Source: Acidimicrobiales bacterium (GTDB lineage Bacteria > Actinomycetota > Acidimicrobiia > Acidimicrobiales > CADCTF01). Taken from it: a DNA stretch of 64,000 nt. This document shows positions 45,178-53,895 of this stretch, piece after piece. Where the stretch lies: contig DATAKR010000156.1 of NCBI GenBank assembly GCA_036261495.1, positions 2,603-66,602 of the forward strand, given 5' to 3'. The notes below the pieces were generated by a model. It was not told where the DNA came from. It was given only the letters and a program-made list of their open reading frames with translations, and made no database searches. How positions within the stretch are numbered: position 1 is the first letter of the stretch; the number at the start of each line of letters is the position of its first letter. A program made the translations under genes and the position numbers.

Positions 45178-45411
45178 GTGGATGACGGAATCGGGTGCCC
45201 GGGCGACGACGGCGTGGAGGTGTGGAACACGCTCACGAGGCGCTGGACGTCGGGGTTCGCGATCGACGCCGTGGTCGCCGGCGCCGGCGGGGTCCGCCTG
45301 CGTCGTCGGTCCGACGGTGCGGTGCTGCGCGGGGTGGTGCCGTCGGAGCGGGTCCGCCCGTCCGGCCGCGACGGCCACCCGCGGGTCGGGGAGCTGCGCC
45401 GGTCCGGCTGA
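45178..45411 (+). CDS. Hypothetical 77-aa protein
   Basis: GC3 counted at about 94% versus about 73% just upstream. AAGGGGG lies before the GTG. No family recognised. Confidence 0.5.
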   Translation: MDDGIGCPGDDGVEVWNTLTRRWTSGFAIDAVVAGAGGVRLRRRSDGAVLRGVVPSERVRPSGRDGHPRVGELRRSG

Positions 45412-45565
45412 GGCCCCCCACGGGAGCCCGTCGGAGCGGGTCGTCACGAGAACCGATGAGTTCGCGTGGACCGCTTCGTCTACCGGGCATGGCGATGGAC
45501 CCGGAGCACGGACGATCACCTCGGCGTAGCGTTGGCGTCGACCGAGAGGGCAAGGGGGCGGAGCG

Positions 45566-46681
45566 ATGAGCAGCGTGCGCGTGCTGGTCGGCACCCGCAA
45601 AGGTGCGTTCATCCTCACCGCGGGCGCAGACCGCGAGGCGTGGGAGGTCGACGGGCCGCTCTTCGCCGGCTGGGAGATCTACCACGTCAACGGGTCGCCG
45701 GCTGACCCCGACCGGATCTACGCCTCGCAGTCGACGGGATGGTTCGGTCAGCTGATCCAGCGTTCCGACGACGGCGGGCAGACCTGGAACCCCGTCGGCA
45801 ACGAGTTCCGCTACGACGGCGTCCCGGGCACCCACCAGTGGTACGACGGCACGCCCCATCCCTGGGAGTTCGCCCGCGTCTGGCACCTGGAGCCGTCGCC
45901 GGTCGATCCTGACACGGTGTTCGCCGGCGTGGAGGACGCCGCGCTGTTCAAGTCGGTCGACGGCGGGCTCAGCTGGAACGAGCTCGCGGGGCTGCGCGGT
46001 CACGGGTCGGGCCCGCACTGGCAGCCGGGCGCCGGCGGGATGTGCCTCCACACCATCGTGCTCGACCGCGACGACCCCAACCGGATGTTCGTGGCGATCT
46101 CGGCCGCGGGAGTGTTCCGCTCGCTCGACGCCGGCACGACGTGGGAGCCGGCCAACCGGGGGCTCGTGTCGAACACGATCCCCGACCCCGACGCCGACGT
46201 CGGCCACTGCGTGCACCGGATCGCGATGCACCCCGACCGCCCCGACGTCCTGTTCATGCAGAAGCACTGGGACGTCATGCGCAGCGACGACGGCGGCAGC
46301 TCGTGGCACGAGATCAGCGGCAACCTCCCGACCGACTTCGGCTTCGTGATCGGCGTGCACGCCCACGAGCCCGACACCGTCTACGTCGTGCCGATCAAGA
46401 GCGATTCCGAGCACTTCCCGCCCGACGGGCAGCTGCGCGTCTACCGGAGCCGCACCGGCGGCGACGAGTGGGAGCCACTCACCGAGGGTCTGCCCCAGCG
46501 CGACTGCTACGTGAACGTCCTGCGCGACGCGCTCGCGATCGACGGTCTCGACCCGTGCGGCGTGTACTTCGGTACCACCGGCGGCCAGGTCTACGTGTCG
46601 CCGGACGGCGGTGACACCTGGTCGGCGATCGTGCAGAACCTGCCCGCCGTGCTCTCCGTCGAGGTGCAGACGCTGCCGTGA
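45566..46681 (+). CDS. BNR/Asp-box repeat beta-propeller protein
   Basis: Five SxDxGxTW-type boxes: [45 protein letters not shown]. No signal peptide. Confidence 0.85.
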   Translation: MSSVRVLVGTRKGAFILTAGADREAWEVDGPLFAGWEIYHVNGSPADPDRIYASQSTGWFGQLIQRSDDGGQTWNPVGNEFRYDGVPGTHQWYDGTPHPWEFARVWHLEPSPVDPDTVFAGVEDAALFKSVDGGLSWNELAGLRGHGSGPHWQPGAGGMCLHTIVLDRDDPNRMFVAISAAGVFRSLDAGTTWEPANRGLVSNTIPDPDADVGHCVHRIAMHPDRPDVLFMQKHWDVMRSDDGGSSWHEISGNLPTDFGFVIGVHAHEPDTVYVVPIKSDSEHFPPDGQLRVYRSRTGGDEWEPLTEGLPQRDCYVNVLRDALAIDGLDPCGVYFGTTGGQVYVSPDGGDTWSAIVQNLPAVLSVEVQTLP

Positions 46682-46974
46682 TCCGCGTGGTGCTGCCCGC
46701 CCACCTCCGCACGCTTGCCGACGTGCACGGCGAGGTGCAGCTCGACGTGGATGGGCCGCCGACGCAGCGCGTCCTGCTCGACGCCCTCGAGGCCCGCTTC
46801 CCGATGCTCCGTGGCACCATCCGCGACCAGGCGACGATGCGGCGCCGGCCGTTCATCCGGTTCTTCGTGGGCGAGGAGGATGTCTCGCACGACTCGCCCG
46901 ACGACCCCCTGCCCGAGGCGGTCGGGCGGGGCGCGGAGGTGTTCTACGTGATCGGGGCGATCGCCGGCGGGTAG
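46678..46974 (+). CDS. MoaD/ThiS-like ubiquitin-fold protein ending in Gly-Gly
   Basis: 98 aa with C-terminus ...[12 protein letters not shown] overlap with the BNR gene stop. Confidence 0.75.
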   Translation: MIRVVLPAHLRTLADVHGEVQLDVDGPPTQRVLLDALEARFPMLRGTIRDQATMRRRPFIRFFVGEEDVSHDSPDDPLPEAVGRGAEVFYVIGAIAGG

Positions 46975-47021
46975 CCCGCGATCGTTAGCAGAGGAAAGGA
47001 TCGTGTCGTAGCATCGATCCG

Positions 47022-48305
47022 GTGAGAAGGCGCGTGGGGTCCGCGATCCGCACGACGTTCCGCTCGCTGCGGGTGCGGAACTTCCGCCTGTTCTTCGTCG
47101 GCCAGCTCATCTCCCAGGTCGGCACCTGGTTGACGCAGATCGCCTTGGTGCTGCTCGTCCTCCACCGCACGAAGAGCGGCGTCGCCATCGGCGCGCTCGT
47201 CGCCTGCCAGTTCGGCCCCATGCTCCTGCTCGGCGCCTACGGCGGCGTGGTGGCGGACCGCGCCGACAAGCGCCGCCTCCTGCTCACCACCCAGACGCTG
47301 CAGATGCTGCAGTCGTTCTCGCTCGGCGCGCTCGCCTTCGTGCACGGTGCGCCCCTGCCGGCCTTCTACGCCGCCGCTCTGGCCGGCGGCCTCTTCCTCG
47401 CCTTCGACAACCCGGCACGGCGGTCGTTCGTGGCGGAGATGGTGCCGCTCGACGAGGTGCACAACGCCGTCACGCTCAACAGTGCGCTGATGACGAGCTC
47501 GCGCATCTTCGGACCCGCGCTCGCCGGCGTGCTGGTGGTGTCGTTCGGCTACGGCTGGGCCTTCACCCTCGACGCCATCTCCTACCTCGCCGTGCTCGCC
47601 GGGCTGTGGATGATGCGCACCGAGGAGCTGTTCGTGGCGCCGCCCAGCCGTCGGGGGCGCGGGCAGGTGCGAGAGGGGCTGCGGTACGTGCGGAGCGTGC
47701 CGGCGCTCTGGGTGCCGCTCGCGATGGTGGCCCTCGTCGGCACGCTCACCTTCAACTTCTCGGTGGTGCTGCCGCTGTTCGTCGAGCGGACCCTGGGCGG
47801 AACTGACACGTCCTACACGTTGCTGTACTCGGTCCTGTCGGTCGGCTCCTTGATCGGTGCCCTCATGACGGCGCACCGGCGGTCGGTGGAGGTGCGTCAC
47901 GTCGTCGTCGCCTCGTTCGCCTTCGGCGTCGCCATGCTCGTGTTCGCAGCCATGCCGAACCTGCTCGCCGCGTTCCCGATCGCCCTCGCCGTCGGCCTCA
48001 CCAGCATCGCGTTCATGACGGCCTGCACGGCGATCGTGCAGGTGCGGGCCGCGCCGAACATGCGGGGCCGCGTGCTCGCGCTCCAAGCGATGGTGATGAT
48101 CGGGAGCACCCCCATCGGTGGTCCGGTCCTCGGGGCGGTGTGTGACGCCTTCGGCGCTCGCGTCGGGCTGGTGATCGGCGGCGCCGCCGCGCTCGTCGCG
48201 GCCGGCTGGGGCCACGCCATGCAGCGCACCCGCGACGTGGCGATGACCACGGCCGATAGCGTCGACGACGCGGTCGCCGAGGCCGTCGGCGTCACCCCCG
48301 GCTGA
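47022..48305 (+). CDS. MFS transporter
   Basis: 427 aa with about 12 TM segments. N-terminus RNFRLFFVGQLISQVGTW. Confidence 0.9.
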   Translation: MRRRVGSAIRTTFRSLRVRNFRLFFVGQLISQVGTWLTQIALVLLVLHRTKSGVAIGALVACQFGPMLLLGAYGGVVADRADKRRLLLTTQTLQMLQSFSLGALAFVHGAPLPAFYAAALAGGLFLAFDNPARRSFVAEMVPLDEVHNAVTLNSALMTSSRIFGPALAGVLVVSFGYGWAFTLDAISYLAVLAGLWMMRTEELFVAPPSRRGRGQVREGLRYVRSVPALWVPLAMVALVGTLTFNFSVVLPLFVERTLGGTDTSYTLLYSVLSVGSLIGALMTAHRRSVEVRHVVVASFAFGVAMLVFAAMPNLLAAFPIALAVGLTSIAFMTACTAIVQVRAAPNMRGRVLALQAMVMIGSTPIGGPVLGAVCDAFGARVGLVIGGAAALVAAGWGHAMQRTRDVAMTTADSVDDAVAEAVGVTPG

Positions 48306-48342
48306 CCGCGGCCGCCGTCGCGGCCGCGGCCCCGCAACCGGC

Positions 48343-48510
48343 TGTGATGCTGACGCGCGGTCCTCGCGCGTGAGCATCACCGCCGCTCGAGGGCTCGACG
48401 ACCGGGTGTGATGCTGACGCGCGGTCCTCGCGCGTGAGCATCACCGCCGCTCGAGGGCTCGACGACCGGCTGTGATGCTGACGCGCGGTCCTCGCGCGCC
48501 ACCATCACCT
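48343..48510. repeat. 64-bp tandem repeat, 2 full copies plus a degenerate third, each carrying a 16-bp-stem hairpin
   Basis: Copies start at 48343, 48407 and 48471. Copies 1 and 2 differ at 1 nt. Each has GTGATGCTGACGCGCG-gtcct-CGCGCGTGAGCATCAC, with one G:G mismatch in the stem. Confidence 0.9.
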
Positions 48511-48564
48511 GCGCGTCGCGGCCGGCGTCACCGCCGGGCTGATCCGCGGCCGTACGCTCTCGGC

Positions 48565-49563
48565 ATGGCCGCGACCCGGGTCGCCCTCGCGCTGGGGAGC
48601 GGGGGCGCGCGCGGCTACGCGCACATCGGCGCCATCGAGGTGCTCGAGGAGCGCGGGTTCGACATCGTCGGCGTCGCGGGGTCGTCGATGGGGGCCCTCG
48701 TCGGTGGCCTGCACGCCGCCGGCAAGCTCGGGGAGTACACCGAGTGGGCCCGAACGCTCACCCAGCTCGACGTGCTCAGGCTGCTCGACCCGTCGCTGTC
48801 CGCGCCGGGCGCCATCCGCGCCGAGAAGATCCTCGCGCGGGTGAGCGAGCTGCTCGCGGGCGCGCTCATCGAGGACCTGCCCATCCCGTTCACCGCGGTC
48901 GCCACCGACTTGTTCGCGCGCAAGGAGGTGTGGTTCCAGCGCGGCCCCGTCGACATCGCCATCCGGGCGTCGATCGCCATCCCCAGCATCATCACCCCGG
49001 TGGTGCTCAACGGCCGCCTGCTGGCCGACGGCGGGCTCATGAACCCCGTGCCGATCGCGCCGACGGCCAGCGTCGTGGCCGACGCGACCGTGGGGATCAT
49101 GTTGAACGGGGAACGCCGGGGTGCCGCGGCCGAGGCGGTCGCCGACTCGCCGGCGCGCGAGACCGCCGAGGAGCGGCCGCTCGACGAGTGGCGCGAACGC
49201 CTCCGCCGGGGCGCGGCCCAGCTCCTCGACCGTGAGCTCGTGCGCGTCGTGGTCAACCGGTTCGGTGGCCACGGCGAGCGCGAGCCGGCGTCTGCGGAGG
49301 ACGCCACCGACGAGGGCTTCGGACCGCTGCCGGCGGGCCTCGGGAAGTTCGACGTGATGAACCTGTCGCTCGAGGCCATGCAGGCCGTGCTGACGCGGTA
49401 CCGCCTCGCCGGCTACGCGCCCGACGTGCTCGTCACCGTGCCGAAGGACGCGTGCCGCAGCCTCGACTTCCACCGCGCCAACGAGCTCATCGACCTCGGC
49501 CGCACCCTCACCGCGGCCGCGCTCGACCGCTCCGGCCTCACCGCCGAGCCACCACCTCGTTGA
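48565..49563 (+). CDS. Patatin-like phospholipase
   Basis: GSGGARG oxyanion motif, GSSMG (GxSxG) and the DGG catalytic Asp motif. Confidence 0.9.
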   Translation: MAATRVALALGSGGARGYAHIGAIEVLEERGFDIVGVAGSSMGALVGGLHAAGKLGEYTEWARTLTQLDVLRLLDPSLSAPGAIRAEKILARVSELLAGALIEDLPIPFTAVATDLFARKEVWFQRGPVDIAIRASIAIPSIITPVVLNGRLLADGGLMNPVPIAPTASVVADATVGIMLNGERRGAAAEAVADSPARETAEERPLDEWRERLRRGAAQLLDRELVRVVVNRFGGHGEREPASAEDATDEGFGPLPAGLGKFDVMNLSLEAMQAVLTRYRLAGYAPDVLVTVPKDACRSLDFHRANELIDLGRTLTAAALDRSGLTAEPPPR

Positions 49564-49566
49564 GGG

Positions 49567-51885
49567 TCAGGCGCTCGCGCCCACCGGCGCGGATCGGATG
49601 GCCCGCCACACCCGCTCGGGTGTGCACGGCATGTCGATGTGGGTGATCCCGAGGTGCGACAAGGCGTCGACGACGGCGTTCTGGATGGCCGGTGTGGAGC
49701 CGATGGTGCCGGACTCGCCGATCCCCTTGGCGCCGAGCGGGTTGCGCGGGCTGTCGGTCTCGGTGTTCGACGTCTCGAAGCTGATCAGCTCGGTCGCGGC
49801 CGGGATGGCGTAGTCGGCCAGGTTCGTCGTGAGCGGATTGCCGTCGGCGTCGTACTGCACCCACTCGTAGAGCGCCTGAGCCGCGCCCTGGGCGATCCCT
49901 CCGTGCTGTTGGCCCCGCACGAGCAGCGGGTTGAGGATGCGGCCGCAGTCGTCGACAGCGATGTGGCGCAGCATGGTCGCCCGGCCAGTGTCCATGTCGA
50001 CCTCGACCACCGACACGTGGGTGCCGAAGGGGAACGTCGAGTTGCTGCCGTCGAAGTCGCCTTCGAAGCGCAGGGGCCCCGCCTCGACACCGTCGGGCAG
50101 CCGGCTCGGGTCCTGCGACGCCGCCGCCAGCTCGGTCCACGGCACGGTGCGGCCCGGTACGCCGGCGACGTGGAGGGCGTCGTCGCCGGCGACGATGTCG
50201 TCGGGGCTCGCCTCGAGCAGGTGGGCCGCGATCTGCTTGGCGCGCGCGAGCACCTCATTCGACGCCGCGAGCACGGCGTTGCCGGCGGTCTGGAGCGAGC
50301 GCGACCCGAGCGTGCCGGCACCACGAGGTACGGCCGCGGTGTCGGAGTTGACGAGTCGGATCTTCTCCATGGGGATGCCGAGCACGTCGCTGGCGATCAT
50401 CGCGAACGCGGTGTGGTGGCCCTGACCGTGGACACTCGTGCCGACCGCCATCGACGCAGTGCCGTCGTCGTGGACCTCGACCGCGCCGTACTCGGTGTGA
50501 AGGCCGAGCGGGGCGGTGACCTCGACGTAGGTGGACACGCCGATGCCGAGCTGCATCCGGTCGCCGGCGTCGCGGCGGCGGGTCTGCTCGGCGCGCAGCT
50601 CGTCGTAGCCGGCGGCCGCGAGTGCCGCGTCGAGCGACTTCGCGTACTCGCCGGAGTCGTACTCGCCACCGGTGGTGGTCGTGAGGGGGAAGGCGTCCGG
50701 GTCGAGGAAGTTGCGGCGGCGGATCTCGGCCGGGTCGACGCCGATCTTGTCGGCGGCCACGTCGATCACCCGCTCGATCAGCTGGGTCGCCTCCGGGCGT
50801 CCCGCGCCCCGGTAGGCGCCGACCGGCGTGTTGTTCGTGACCGCGGTCGTGCCCTTGAACCGCACCTTCGGGATGTCGTAGACGCCCACCACCATCATCT
50901 GGGTGAGCATCGGCAGCACCGCGCCGATCACCGGGTAGGCGCCACCGGAGGCGACGATCTCGGCGTCGAGCCCGACGATCCGGCCGTCGTCCCTCACGCC
51001 GAGCTTCGCCGTCATCGTGTAGTCGCGGCCGTGGACGAGGGCGAGCATGTCCTCTGACCGGGTCTCCATCCACTTGACCGGACGGCCGAGCTGCATGGCC
51101 GCCGCTGCAGTCGCGAGGTACTCCACGTAGACGGCCGCCTTGGGCCCGAACCCGCCTCCGACCCACGGGCACACGATGCGCACCTTCTCGGGGTCGAGCC
51201 CGAGCACGCCGGCCACCGCCGGGTGCACGGCGTGGGGGGTCTGGTGGGAGATCCAGCACGTGATCCCGCCCTCCGGCTCGCCGGGCACCGCCAGGCACCC
51301 GTTGGGCTCCATCGGCACGCCGGCGAGCCGCTGGCTCACCATGGTGACCTCGGCGACGGCGTCGGCGCCAACGAGTGGATCCTCGTCGGAGCCGAAGTTG
51401 GTGACGAAGCAGACGTTGCTGCCGGCCTCGGGGAAGAGGATGGGCGCGTCGGGCGCCAGCGCCGCGGCTTGCGACGTGACCGCCGGCAAGGGGTCGATGT
51501 CGACCACGATCGACTCGGCCGCGTCGACCGCCTGCCCGGCCGTCTCGGCGACGACCGCCGCCACGATGTCGCCCACGAACCGCACCCGGTCGCGAGCGAA
51601 GACGGGTCGGTTGAACTCCGGAGGCAGCAACGGGAAGCCCTGGAACGGTTCGAGCCCGAGGTCGTCACCGGCGGCGGAGTACACGGCGATCACGCCGGGC
51701 ATCCCTGTCGCCTCGCTCACGTCGACCGACCGCAGCTCGCCGTGCGCCATGCCCGATCGCACGAAGACGATGCGGGCGGCACCCGTGGTGTCGAGGTCAT
51801 CGACGTACTTGCCGGCGCCGGTCACCAGCGCCGGGTCTTCGAGTCGCGTGACCGCATTGCCCAGGATCGAGCCTGCCTTGGCCAT
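49567..51885 (-). CDS. Molybdopterin-binding large subunit of the xanthine dehydrogenase / CoxL family (form II-like)
   Basis: 772 aa. N-terminus RLEDPALVTGAGKYVDD. Active-site loop VGAYRGAGRPEA. Confidence 0.9.
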   Translation of the reverse strand: MAKAGSILGNAVTRLEDPALVTGAGKYVDDLDTTGAARIVFVRSGMAHGELRSVDVSEATGMPGVIAVYSAAGDDLGLEPFQGFPLLPPEFNRPVFARDRVRFVGDIVAAVVAETAGQAVDAAESIVVDIDPLPAVTSQAAALAPDAPILFPEAGSNVCFVTNFGSDEDPLVGADAVAEVTMVSQRLAGVPMEPNGCLAVPGEPEGGITCWISHQTPHAVHPAVAGVLGLDPEKVRIVCPWVGGGFGPKAAVYVEYLATAAAAMQLGRPVKWMETRSEDMLALVHGRDYTMTAKLGVRDDGRIVGLDAEIVASGGAYPVIGAVLPMLTQMMVVGVYDIPKVRFKGTTAVTNNTPVGAYRGAGRPEATQLIERVIDVAADKIGVDPAEIRRRNFLDPDAFPLTTTTGGEYDSGEYAKSLDAALAAAGYDELRAEQTRRRDAGDRMQLGIGVSTYVEVTAPLGLHTEYGAVEVHDDGTASMAVGTSVHGQGHHTAFAMIASDVLGIPMEKIRLVNSDTAAVPRGAGTLGSRSLQTAGNAVLAASNEVLARAKQIAAHLLEASPDDIVAGDDALHVAGVPGRTVPWTELAAASQDPSRLPDGVEAGPLRFEGDFDGSNSTFPFGTHVSVVEVDMDTGRATMLRHIAVDDCGRILNPLLVRGQQHGGIAQGAAQALYEWVQYDADGNPLTTNLADYAIPAATELISFETSNTETDSPRNPLGAKGIGESGTIGSTPAIQNAVVDALSHLGITHIDMPCTPERVWRAIRSAPVGASA

Positions 51886-52155
51886 TCCAACCCCCCGGTT
51901 CGACGTGTTGCCGGGAGTCTCGCACTCGCGGCGCCGCGATGCTCGCTGGGGACGAAAGGGACCGGCGGCCGGCTCGGTGTTTGGTGAGCTGACACCTCCC
52001 GTGCCAAGACTTCCGCGATGCACCCGCACCTGGCGCGCACGCCCTGGCCGGCCGAGGACGGCGGCCCTCGGCGACAGCAGCGACCTCATGACCTCCCCGG
52101 ACCTCGGGCCGGCCGGGCGACGCTCGCCGCCGTCCGGCCGGCGCCCATCAGCGTG

Positions 52156-53268
52156 ATGGCGCTCCTCGCCCCGGACGATGAGGTGCTGGTGCTGCGCAAC
52201 ACCGTCGGCCCGTCGGGCGTCACCTGGGTGGAGTCGATCGACCCCGAGTCGCTCGCCGAGCGGCGGAGGTCGCCCGACCTGCCGCTCGGTCCGTTCTGGC
52301 CGGGTGGGTTCGCCATCCTCGCCGACGGGGCGGTGGTGATCGTCCAGGGACGATGGGCTCATCGGCTCACTCCCGACCTCCGGATCGAGCGATCGCGGGA
52401 GCTGCCGGTCGACGCGCCCCACAACTCCTTCGTCGTCCTCGGCGACGGCTCGATCGCCACGAAGGACCTGCAGCGGCCGGCGGGGCGGCCGTCGACGCTC
52501 TCGGTGCTCGACCCCGTCACCCTCGAGGACCGGACGGCACCGCTGACCCTCCCCGAACCTTCGGTCGCCCGGCTGTCCGCCGACGGTGACGATCTCGTCG
52601 TCGTCGGCGTCTCGGCCCTCCACCGGCTGCGATGGGACGGGGCCGGCGCAGAGGTCCGACCGGCGGCGCCGCCGGCCGCCTACCTCCGCCACCGCGACCA
52701 GTCGTTCGGGTGGGATCCGGTGGTCGATGCCGGGGCGATCTGGTGGATGGACAACGGCGATCACACCTTCGAGCGCGGCCTCACGATGCTCGGCAACGGT
52801 GTGGCCGCCGGGCCCGTCCGTCTCTGGCGTGCGCCCGTCGGTGGCACGGGCGGCGACAGCGAGGCCTCGTCGGTGGAGGTGAGCGGCCTTGCTGGCGGCG
52901 CGGTGACCAACCCGCCCCTCGTCGACGCGTCGCGGGGCATCGCGATCGCCTACGACTCCGCCAACGGTGTGCTCGCGGCGTTCGATGCCTCCGATCTCAC
53001 GCCGAGGTGGACGCAGCGGATCAACACCGCGCAGCATCTGGTGCTCTTCGCCGACACCGGCGAGGTGCTCGTCAACGATCACGACCCGGCCACGGGCGAC
53101 GCGGTCGCGCTCGTCGGCGTCGACGACGGTCGCGTTCGGGTTCGGGTCGCCGTGGAAAGCCCCGCCCAGTCGGTGGTGTTCGGTGCACCGGGTCGTCGCC
53201 GCGACTTCTACTACGTGTCGCTCTCGACCATCGCCCGCGTCGTCTTCGACGACGGAGACAACTATTGA
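52156..53268 (+). CDS. Hypothetical protein, beta-rich and possibly propeller-like
   Basis: 370 aa with no family recognised. Start (GTG 52153 / ATG 52156) is uncertain. Confidence 0.55.
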   Translation: MALLAPDDEVLVLRNTVGPSGVTWVESIDPESLAERRRSPDLPLGPFWPGGFAILADGAVVIVQGRWAHRLTPDLRIERSRELPVDAPHNSFVVLGDGSIATKDLQRPAGRPSTLSVLDPVTLEDRTAPLTLPEPSVARLSADGDDLVVVGVSALHRLRWDGAGAEVRPAAPPAAYLRHRDQSFGWDPVVDAGAIWWMDNGDHTFERGLTMLGNGVAAGPVRLWRAPVGGTGGDSEASSVEVSGLAGGAVTNPPLVDASRGIAIAYDSANGVLAAFDASDLTPRWTQRINTAQHLVLFADTGEVLVNDHDPATGDAVALVGVDDGRVRVRVAVESPAQSVVFGAPGRRRDFYYVSLSTIARVVFDDGDNY

Positions 53269-53301
53269 CGCAGTGAGTGACAAGTCTTACGGTCGCCGGA
53301 C

Positions 53302-53865
53302 ATGGAGCTGATCCTCGACTCGCTGCGTCGCCGCATGCGCGCCATGCACTCGCTCTGGGAGGACGCGGTTGCGTCGATGGACATCGGCCACGTGAACCAC
53401 GTCGAGCGGGAGCCGGTGCTGCCGATCGCGTTCTCGTTGTTCCACTTCGTGCAGATCGAGGACGGGTCGGCCACGATGCTCGGCGCCGGCCCGATGGTCT
53501 ACGACGAGTCGTGGGGCGAGCGCATGGGCCTCGCCATCGCGGACCACGGCAAGCACCGGACGGTGGAGGAGATGGTGGGGCAGCGGATCGGCGACTACGC
53601 CGCCGCGACGGACTACATGCAGCGCGTCTTCGCGAAGACCGAGTCGTGGCTCGCGTCGCTGGAGCCGGCGGCGCTGGGCGACGTCGTCGTCGCCCGGCCC
53701 TTCCCGCCGGCGATCGCGTCGACCTACAGCGCCCGCGTGGCCGCGAAGGCGGGCATCACCCGCCTCGACGGCATCGAGTGCTGGATCTACCAGCACGGCC
53801 TGCGGCACATGGGTGAGGTCGAGCACGCCCGGGCGCTCGTCGGGCTTCAAGGGATGACGTCCTGA
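53302..53865 (+). CDS. DinB-family (four-helix bundle) protein
   Basis: 187 aa with His-containing helices (HVNHVE..., IYQHGLRHMGEVEH). Confidence 0.65.
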   Translation: MELILDSLRRRMRAMHSLWEDAVASMDIGHVNHVEREPVLPIAFSLFHFVQIEDGSATMLGAGPMVYDESWGERMGLAIADHGKHRTVEEMVGQRIGDYAAATDYMQRVFAKTESWLASLEPAALGDVVVARPFPPAIASTYSARVAAKAGITRLDGIECWIYQHGLRHMGEVEHARALVGLQGMTS

Positions 53866-53895
53866 CGGGCAGCGCCTCCGGACCGGCCGCCCTGC

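Noticed and set aside
46998-47020. GGATCG-N11-CGATCC inverted repeat upstream of the MFS gene
   Set aside because: The half-sites are only 6 bp, so the information content is low and it could easily occur by chance.
48343-48510. CRISPR array
   Set aside because: The repeats are directly contiguous with a 64-bp period and no unique spacers, there are only about 2.6 copies, and no cas genes lie in the window.
48344-48520. Short ORFs starting MMLTR... on both strands within the repeat
   Set aside because: Both arise from the palindromic GTGATGCT...AGCATCAC arms. The real patatin start is ATG 48565, directly before the GSGGARG motif.
51886-53283. N-terminal 466 aa of the 1238-aa minus-strand ORF that contains the CoxL-like gene
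   Set aside because: Homology-like sequence begins at MAKAGSILGNAVTRLEDP (ATG 51885, preceded by a G-rich SD). The upstream part is low-complexity and overlaps the plus-strand gene at 52156-53268.
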